NCBI RefSeq assembly: GCF_006345805.1
Contig: NW_021826191.1
Span: forward strand, 1-13,267
Direction: 5' to 3'
Origin: Octopus sinensis
Taxonomy: Eukaryota
Length of the DNA stretch: 13,267 nucleotides
Below the pieces are notes generated by a model. It was given only the letters and a program-made list of their open reading frames with translations. It made no database searches and was not told the origin of the DNA. Below, one piece after another: positions 1 through 7,510 of this stretch (positions are counted from its first letter, which is position 1; each line of letters starts with the position of its first letter). The position numbers were made by a program, and so were the translations under genes.

Positions 1-254
1 AGAATGTAAATAAGTCTAAATTTTCGCTGAAGATCATAAGAAATATCCATGATTGAAAGTTTAGTCATACCGAGGTTTTATAAAAATGACTAAATTGTTA
101 ATCATGTATATTTGTTTTGACCTTCATTAAATATTTACACTGTCTACTATGCAAGACTTGTGTTTCTATAATTTGCACTAATTACACTGTATGGAATTTC
201 TAACAGCACCTCTGTACATGGTCTGTATGGCTATCACTGCCAGTTTCCTCTGTG

Positions 255-385
255 ACCACCAGATCAGAGAGAGTAAGGATCTCTGTCAAAGGTTTTCTAC
301 AGGTCATTGAACACAATTTTAGCAGATACTTCTCTTGCACTTACCCTACAATCACCACATATAATAACTTTTAATGATAGCTCTT
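255..385 (-). mobile_element. Possible highly degenerate Tc1/mariner transposase fragment
   Basis: Minus-strand translation ELSLKVIICGDCRVSAREVSAKIVFNDL*KTFDRDPYSL loosely resembles the mariner HTH region (DRRVTVRE...IxxxDL...RWVPHxL). By-eye similarity only; contains stops. Confidence 0.3.
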
Positions 386-625
386 TTTATGCTTCTTTCT
401 TTTCAGAATCACTAAGTGTATGTGTATTACTAATAATCTCACACCAAAATGAAATATAAAAACCAACTGTACAAAAAAGAAAAGGGTATGTAAAAACATT
501 CACAGAAAGCATTTAAAACGTTGCTGCTATACAAATACATTGCCGAAATCATGAACTGATTATTCAATAAAATTTCTACAGACAAGTATTATCAATAAAA
601 ATATTTAAAAGCATTAAAACATTAC

Positions 626-710
626 CTTTGCAATTTTCTGATCATGTTCTACAAACTTTACCTCACCAAATGCATCACAGGGATTTGATGCCTCTTCGTC
701 TCTAAGGTTT
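626..710 (-). CDS. TRPM: Exon of TRPM-like cation channel gene (MHR1, PxDAFG motif); 85 bp, phase 2 in / phase 0 out
   Basis: Acceptor cttttgtttgtcgttgatAG, donor AAG|GTAATG. Encodes (R)NLRDEEASNPCDAFGEVKFVEHDQKIAK, matching the spacing of human TRPM2 MPTDAFGDIVFTGLSQKVKK (recalled). Confidence 0.85.
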
Positions 711-1335
711 CTATCAACGACAAACAAAAGCCAAATGAACAATTGGAGTAAATTTGTGATGGGGAAGGTAGAAAAGGAAAATGACAAAATCAAAGAGATA
801 AAGAACAACTCCAATGAAAAATACAAATATTCACAGATATAGAGATATAAATCTATGCACAGAATGGATACTTATCTTTCAATTTAGTTGAATAAACCAT
901 GATTAATTTTAAATAAACTTAAAAGGAAAAGCAAAGAAACATTTTGCCATCAGAAGTAAATGGAGAAAAATGAGGCACACTGGGGAATAGTGATTCCACA
1001 TCTGGGATGATGCAGCCCTTACACATACAGGTCTCATAAGACCACATCAATAAAGAAAAACAGGTGACTCATCTGACTGGCATGAAGTCACTTACCAATA
1101 CACACTAAATTCTGACCTATAGTTGTGCTGTGTCCTCTCTTTGCCTTTTTTACCACTACTACAATAGCCTCTGCTCCACAGAACTGGTTGCTCTCTTTCC
1201 ACCCTATCCAGGTACCACTGATACACACATCTCTTGTGTCCATTTGACTTGATCCCCACACTAACAATATAAAAATTGAATTAAGTAGGTGTGAAAAGAA
1301 ACTGCATGAGATGTCCGGTAGTGTGTCTCCTTTTA

Positions 1336-1338
<3 letters not shown>

Positions 1339-1372
<34 letters not shown>
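1339..1372. repeat. (CT)n microsatellite
   Basis: Pure CT run, 17 units. Confidence 0.95.
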
Positions 1373-1374
<2 letters not shown>

Positions 1375-1897
1375 TTGTTCCCCTCTTGACCATGGTAAGA
1401 TAATGTTGATCTTATTGGATTTATTCCCCTTGCTTACTGTACAACTAAATTCATATGAAAGGTAATATTGGGTATGTGTATTTGTCACAGTAAACCGTAT
1501 CAGATATTATTTCTAATGTAGTTCCTCAATATATTAACAGTATTATCATTATTGATAGTATATATTCATTACAAATAAACAAATCAGAAAAATCTATTAA
1601 AATTTATGTTTTAATATACAAAAATATTTTTATTTTGAAAATTAGCATTCATTTTCTATGAAATTTGAAAATATATGATTATAATTATTATAGTTATGTA
1701 ACATTACCTGATATTACCTGGATTGGCAAAATATATGTATTCTCAGCATTAGCCAACATAGTAATTGATAAAAACTGTTTCTTAATTAATAATAATTTAT
1801 TGGTGAGTAAGAAAAGACAAGCTCCGATGAAGGCTATGCTTTGCTGAGGAAATCTAATTAGACTAAATATGTAAACAACAAGATCATTAGCGGTCAG

Positions 1898-2006
1898 AAA
1901 AATACCATGTGGTATTAGCTTCAAGTATTTATATTGAGTTCAAGTTTTACATTGCTCAACCTTTCATTTTTGTCTTTCTGGAGTTGGGGAGTCATTAAAA
2001 AGTACC
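1898..2006 (+). mobile_element. Very degenerate copy of the tRNA-derived SINE family seen at 3461-3686
   Basis: Colinear traces: aaaatacc..gtggtatt, tgagttcaa (B-box-like), aaaagtacca. Many substitutions. Confidence 0.45.
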
Positions 2007-2149
2007 AAAACATGTCAGTGACTGTTGCCTGCAAATGCAAAGGTCATATCAAATTAGTATCAGACACTGAGCCAAAGTATTTATTTCATAAATATTATCA
2101 ATTATTTAAAATTTCCTCAAAATTTAAAAAATAATGGCAGTACAGTTAT

Positions 2150-2339
2150 GAGCTGGCAGAATTGTTAAAACATATTACTTTTGATACTTAACATTCTGAG
2201 TTCAATTTTTGATGAAACCATCTTTGTCTTTTGTCCTCTTGGAGTTTGATAAAATAAAGTAGCAGTCAAGTGCTGGTGCTCATGGTATTAATTTAACCAT
2301 TCCCCTAAAAATTGCTGGTCTTGTGCTTAAATTAGAAAC
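2150..2339 (+). mobile_element. Degenerate tRNA-derived SINE, same family as 3461-3686
   Basis: gagctggcagaa head, acattctgagttcaa B-box, gataaaataaagtagcag body and cccctaaaaatt...ttgtgc tail are all colinear with the reverse complement of 3461-3686. Confidence 0.7.
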
Positions 2340-3460
2340 TCTTTTCCATCCAGATAAGAGTTAGTAGATAATTTCTCTCACATCTCTATCAATAGTGTAT
2401 ACATGATGTGATGGCTATTATGACTTTCCCATGATGCAATTGTTTTAGATTCAACATTCAACTTCAGATCAAGTCATTTGACAAACAAGTACAACATTAA
2501 AATTAATGGTTGTATTCATCAGTGAATATTTACACATGCATTCACATATGTGCATGCACACACATTCATGCACACCACACCTGTGTACGGAGTTGGTCAA
2601 CATGCTGTTGGCATTTACATTTCTCCGATATCCCATTCATCCAATAAAAGTCTTTGTAAACAATGATTGATTTTCTTATAAAGGCATCAATCCACAGCCA
2701 TAATTAATCCCTAAAGGTGAATTTTCCAGTATCAACCCCTAAAGGTAAATTTTCCCCTAAATTTTTCCTTTCACTTTTTAACCCCACTCCTTTGCTTAAC
2801 TGTCCCCTTATAAGTATTATCTCCCACTGGAATTAAAGATTATTTCTTTTTTTATCCAACTCCTTCCCTCATATTCCATCCACCACATACAAGTGCACAT
2901 ACATATTCACACTGCTTGAATCTTATACTTACCCTCTCACGCATATACATTATATAGTGGCACACATCTCTCCACACACACCTGTTGCTATTTACTCTTT
3001 CCTTATTTCTTTTTCACCTGAGTTCCACATGAACATCAACCACCCATCTCCACTCTCCTCTGCTAGAAATCCCATACCTACTAACACTTCTTGTATCCAA
3101 TATCATGATGACCATCTATAATAAGACATAGACAATCCTCATCTCCTTCCCTTAATTTTCTCTTTCCCTCTCCCCCCTCTCTCTCTCTGTTCTTCCATTT
3201 GCGCATGGCTTAATATACTGACTTTGTTTATATTTCTCATATTTTTGCTTCTTTGAATTCCTTTTGCTGAGAAACACAAAGATCTCATTTTCCCGTATAT
3301 TGTATTTCATGCATTAATCCTGCTTACCCCTCAGTATCTTTGGAAGCAGAGGAAACTGGAATCTATTGAATTATTAAATAACATAAAACGACATTTTGAA
3401 CTTCATCCCAAACCTCCAAAAAGTATGTATTTGATGTAACCTTTGAGACTTACTCATATT

Positions 3461-3686
3461 TAATATTCTTTTCTACTCTAGGCACAGGGCCCAAAATTTT
3501 TGGTAGGGGGACAGTCGATTAGAACGACCCTAGTACGCAACTGGTACTTAATTAATCGACCCTGAAAGGATGAAAGGCAAAGTCGACCTTGGTGGAATTT
3601 GAACTCAGAACGTAAAGACAGACGAAATACCGCTAAGCATGGTAATGTTTCACCCAGCATGGTAATGTTTCTGCCAGCTCGCCACC
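3461..3686 (-). mobile_element. tRNA-derived SINE (Octopus-type), near full length
   Basis: Minus strand begins ggtggcgagctggcagaaac (A-box region) and has B-box gagttcaaattcc (plus 3594-3606). The body gtcgactttgcctttcatcctttc...aagtaccag is recalled as an abundant octopus SINE. Two decayed copies are in this window. Confidence 0.8.
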
Positions 3687-3863
3687 TTAACTCATATTTA
3701 ATACTAAATATGAAAATATAAATATAGTGAATATAACAATAAATGTATGATGAGATGGCTATCATTCATCATCCGTGATGAAGTCATTTTACGTTCAACA
3801 CAAACTTTGGTGAAGTCTCTTGCCAGAAAGTAGAATTCCAAAATGAGTAAATCTTACTCTCTT

Positions 3864-3898
3864 TGTGTGTGTGTGTGTCTCTCTCTCTTTCTGTATCC

Positions 3899-3940
<42 letters not shown>
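3864..3940. repeat. Compound (GT)n/(CT)n microsatellite
   Basis: Direct reading. Confidence 0.95.
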
Positions 3941-3944
<4 letters not shown>

Positions 3945-4494
3945 GCATGAGTATAATATGAAGTATCATTAGCATACACTATGGATTTCCCACTGAGTTG
4001 ATTTACAGCAATCTGATCCTTACAAAACAGAGAAAGAAATCGATATCATAAACTCTAACTTCTTTCACCAAAAAAAAAAATGAGTCTGATTGTTAAAATT
4101 ATTAATACTAGAGCTGTCTTAAAAGAATTAAGTATACAGAAATGATGAATTCTCATTTTGCCAACCAAATTTTTTTTGAGCCTTCTGTTGACTTTTTTCC
4201 GCTATTGATAATAACACCAGTGATCTAATGGTGTAAGAGTTTTTGAAGTGTAGCAACTTAGTATATTTCAACATATTATGTGAAAACTTATGTATAATCA
4301 ACAATCAATTAATTTTAAGTTATCTTCATTGCTTGTTGTTTTGGGGTTACTGACATCCCCAGAAGTTTTTGTCAACTAGTTACTTGGATAATCTCGGTTG
4401 ACCAAAGTTTTTCAACTCACTATGTAGTATAACTGAAATCCTTCTACACATGTACTTATATTTATCAGAATTATGAGCTTATTGCTTGAATTAC

Positions 4495-4532
4495 CTCAAT
4501 TTTATGTTTTCCTGAATCCATTTCTTTACATC
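4495..4532 (-). CDS. TRPM: Exon of TRPM-like gene (N-terminal WIxENIK motif); 38 bp, phase 0 in / phase 2 out
   Basis: Strong acceptor aattttttttattttcAG, donor GAG|GTAATT. Encodes DVKKWIQENIKL(R), cf. TRPM2 SWIPENIKKK. Phases fit both neighbouring exons (AG+A = AGA, Arg). Confidence 0.8.
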
Positions 4533-5920
4533 CTGAAAATAAAAAAAATTTAAATTTGAATGTTTGAAGGAATGATGGAGTTCCAACATCTGACATTAAT
4601 TCTATGACAGAGAATCTCAAAATTTACAACAAATTATAGAGAAGACATATAAACAGTACAAGACACGAGTAAAGCCAAGAGTATCAGGTGGAGATAATCT
4701 CATCACTATTAATACAGATACACATGATTTCAGTTTGTCTTATTTACAATTTTTTGCATGGTACACTGGTTTTGACATTGGACTGTAATGAATGAAATTT
4801 TCTGGATAGAAACAGTGCCACATCATGATAACAGAATTTTGCTTAACCAGTTTAATCATTTGTGTAAAACTTATAAGCCATGTCAGACTTACAAAGATAT
4901 GATTATAATCTATTGAAAAGGTTGCAGGACGCAGTGAAAATTTTAGAAAAATAAAGAAGGAAATGAGTGAAAATTTTACCGGTGAGTTTGTCAGATTATA
5001 AGGCACTAAAAGAGAATGACTCTCCCCAGACACAAGAGAATAGCTCTAATATATCTTTAAAAAATGACTAAAATGAATGGGAAAATGAATACAAAGGACA
5101 GTTAAATAGTTCTGTTTATTTAATATTTTATAGTCTCCCGCCCCCTTGAAAGCATATTGCACTTCCAACCTGGGTAACTTTTTAACTTGAATTCACTAAA
5201 CATTCTACATTTCCAAGTGCTAAGTTTTGGAAATGGAACAAATATTCCATAAGGTTTCTGATTATTCATCTCTACAAGAACATGATTTTCATTCCATACA
5301 ATACGTTCATGATAGAATAGAACTTAAAGGAATATGGCACTGTCAAAGCCAACAAAGTCATCGAATGTTAACCTTGCTCTGTCTTTGATGCATTTTATAC
5401 GTTGACAGATCTGACTGAGATAATGGAGGTATACAGAGAAGGGTAATATTAATGATGAGTCACTGGAAGAAATGGTCAACTGTGACGTGAGAATGCAGGG
5501 TTTAACAAATAAAATTATGGAAGATCAACGGAATTGTGATATACAATAGAATAGACCTATGCAACAATGTGTCAGCACAGAAGGACAGATGTCTAACTGA
5601 TAATGATGATATTTAATATTTATCATATTCATAGTTTTATATGAAGCACGTGACAACAATTTTATAGGAAGAGAAATACAAATTTATGATAACTTCTTAA
5701 TTCCCTTCAAGCAGAAATTGAAACAAGGAATTGAAACTGGGAATTGAAACCAGGCCAGTGTCTCAGTTCACTGGATGTTTATCTTCCAATGTAAGAGGCT
5801 AAGGAATGTCCAACTATAACTACATTCTTCAAAGACTTTCTTCCTTTGTTTATGAAGTCAGTACCATCCAACTTTCATATTATATTCTGATTATTTTCCT
5901 CTTTTTCCCCCACTAAATAG

Positions 5921-6028
5921 AAACCATGCTAATGTAGACATTGGAGCTCAACACAGTCCTCCAGATGTTTGGATCCTATTGGATTGTCCAACCTACGTTA
6001 GCAAGGAAGATGGCAGTTAAATGATGAT
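5921..6028 (+). mobile_element. Degenerate 3' end of a SINE/LINE-tail repeat
   Basis: aaaccatgc...gtccaacc...gcaaggaagatggcagttaaatgatgat resembles a recalled octopus repeat 3' end terminating in (GAT)n. By eye only. Confidence 0.45.
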
Positions 6029-6045
6029 ACATAATTGTGTGTATG

Positions 6046-6052
<7 letters not shown>

Positions 6053-6088
<36 letters not shown>
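6053..6088. repeat. (AT)n microsatellite, left flank of the 153 bp element
   Basis: Direct reading. Confidence 0.95.
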
Positions 6089-6090
<2 letters not shown>

Positions 6091-6241
6091 TAGCAAAAAC
6101 TGTCCGATGAACGGCAACGGGAAACTCAGAGTAACAGGTTATGTTGAATTTTTTGCTGCTTTAAATAAAGCATTTTACACTACCACTGGTATTTGAGTAC
6201 TCTTTTTTCCACCTTGTTTCACATTTATGTGTTTACTCCGG
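6089..6241 (+). mobile_element. Short hammerhead-bearing element (solo or 5'-truncated pseudo-LTR of a second Penelope-like family) embedded in (TA)n
   Basis: 153 bp of unique sequence bounded on both sides by (TA)n. Contains a minimal hammerhead motif near its 5' end, AATAAA at 6164-6169 and a T-rich tail, the same layout as the 3' pLTR of the large element. Confidence 0.65.
6100..6137 (+). ncRNA. Minimal type I hammerhead ribozyme-like motif (variant or decayed)
   Basis: CTGT / CCGATGA (U4C variant of CUGANGA) / A-CG-GCAA-CG-G / GAAA / CTC-A-GAG / TA / ACAG. Stem I is 4 bp, stem II has a GNRA loop, stem III is palindromic, and the cleavage triplet is GUA (after 6133). Confidence 0.7.

Positions 6242-6263
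<22 letters not shown>
6242..6263. repeat. (TA)n microsatellite, right flank of the 153 bp element
   Basis: Direct reading. Confidence 0.95.
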
Positions 6264-6273
<10 letters not shown>

Positions 6274-6603
6274 TAGGGAGAGACAGACAGACAGAGATAA
6301 ATGCACACGGATGTACACAGCAGCATCTTACACATACTGACAAATAAGTATGCACACACACATACACAAGGTGCATAAATTTCCCACTTGCTATTCCTGC
6401 CTAAAGTGATCCTTCGACTATCTCCAATGAAAAAATTTAACAAACAAGCAATAATTATATTACAAGAATTCAAATTATTAAAACGATATTTAAAATACAT
6501 TTTTATTTAAAACATTTTACTCTTTATCCTCTCAAGAAGAAAAAAGATTTTAAATTTATTAATTGTTCACAACATGAAGTGATAAAAAAAGATATTATCT
6601 TAC

Positions 6604-6698
6604 TTCCCAGTGAGCTTCTCCTTTAAATATTAGACGTTTTAGAACATCAGGTTTGTTCCATTCCAATCCGAGCCTCATATTTTCTATGTTGTTCTTTG
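6604..6698 (-). CDS. TRPM: Exon of TRPM-like gene (MHR3/MHR4 junction, LxxxWNxxD motif); 95 bp, phase 1 in / phase 0 out
   Basis: Acceptor tctatattacAG, donor GAA|GTAAGA. Encodes (A)KNNIENMRLGLEWNKPDVLKRLIFKGEAHWE, with W-N-x2-D-x5-I-F-x5-W spacing identical to TRPM2 QLKLAVAWNRVDIARSEIFMDEWQW (recalled). Confidence 0.85.
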
Positions 6699-6749
6699 CT
6701 GTAATATAGATTTTACATGAAACAGTCTGTTGATATTAAAATGTTCTTG

Positions 6750-6914
6750 TGGCTGTGTGGTAAGTAGCTTGTTTACCAACCACATGATTCCGGGTTCAGT
6801 CCCGCTGCATGGCACCTTGGGCAAGTGTCTTCTACTATAGCCTTGGGCCGACCAAAGCCTTGTGAGTGGATTTGGTAGACAGAAACTGAAAGAAGCCCGT
6901 CGTATATATGTATT
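6750..6914 (+). mobile_element. 5' half of a tRNA/CORE-type SINE (OR-like), interrupted at its internal (TA)n
   Basis: tRNA-like head tggctgtgtggtaag..., B-box-like ggttcagtccc (6793-6803), CORE-like ccttgggcaag (within 6811-6830). Ends in cccgtcgtatatatgta. Confidence 0.8.
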
Positions 6915-6915
6915 A

Positions 6916-7126
6916 CACACACAAACACACACACACACGCAAAACACACACACACAACAGATACATATACTCCCTCACATATACGCATATACATACTCAC
7001 TAAACTCGATATATACAACAATATTTACACACCCACACTCATACAGATAAATAAATTAATTATACAACTAAAAACTCACAACCAATCTCATATACATAAC
7101 ACTCCTATGAAAACAACATTAAATAC
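6916..7126 (-). repeat. Inverted copy of element-internal segment 11623-11834
   Basis: Base-by-base comparison: the reverse complement is identical except for one A/T homopolymer indel (211 vs 212 bp). Confidence 0.95.
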
Positions 7127-7427
7127 TTATATTTTTTTTATTTATACTTTAATTATTTAAATTATTATTTTTATACTTTAAAATTTTGATTTTTTAGATT
7201 GGAAGTCCACCTGAAGATTGTCGATCAAGACAAGAACGATTGTAGTGGCGGTTTTTTTGACTATTTATTAAAATTTTATGTATTAAGTCTTTCCTTGTTT
7301 GTTTTGCAAAATAGTGGTTTTGTCTCTATAATATTTTTATATATTTTACTATAAAATTGGATTTAATCCTAAATCTGATTTTTTCCCTGTAAATTTGGAT
7401 TTATTCCCTAATATTATTATTTATATA
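7123..7427 (+). repeat. 5' pseudo-LTR (direct repeat of 12792-13099)
   Basis: ~305 bp copies differing by about seven single-base homopolymer indels and one substitution. Confidence 0.95.
7207..7248 (+). ncRNA. Minimal type I hammerhead ribozyme, 5' pLTR copy (reads GAA rather than GAAA)
   Basis: CCAC / CTGAAGA / TTGTC-gatcaa-GACAA / GAA / CGATTG / TA / GTGG. One A of the conserved GAAA is missing relative to the 3' copy. Confidence 0.75.
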
Positions 7428-7510
7428 ATATTGTGATATTTTGTATATTGAGTGTAATACCTCAATTTCGTAAATTAATAGAATTTTACAGGTAAGATAG
7501 AACCGCTGTT

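Noticed and set aside
1096-1260. 165 bp candidate symmetric exon (ORF 1088-1393) with AG/GTAAGT boundaries
   Set aside because: In the required phase 2 it creates TG|A = stop with the 626-710 exon, and no frame resembles TRPM.
2709-2768. Short direct repeats ccctaaaggt(g/a)aattttcc, vaguely like the pLTR 3' end
   Set aside because: Too short and AT-rich to assign; no hammerhead nearby.
3328-3362. 35 bp candidate exon (AG...GTAAGC)
   Set aside because: Phase 2 in gives phase 1 out, incompatible with the next exon; no TRPM similarity.
4893-4909. 17 bp candidate microexon (ttttcaatAG...GTAAGT)
   Set aside because: Inclusion shifts the 38 bp exon into a frame with an immediate stop.
5410-5600. 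Possible Tc1 transposase C-terminal remnant (RPMQQCVSTEG)
   Set aside because: Similarity is limited to a few residues, with several stops.
1665-6500. Remaining short ORFs (1665, 1694, 1934, 3478, 3784, 4740, 6225)
   Set aside because: They overlap SINEs, microsatellites or AT-rich intron, with no domain signal.
6684-7050. ORFs 6684-6953, 6773-7021 and 6862-7050
   Set aside because: They read through SINE and (CA)n sequence; low-complexity artefacts.
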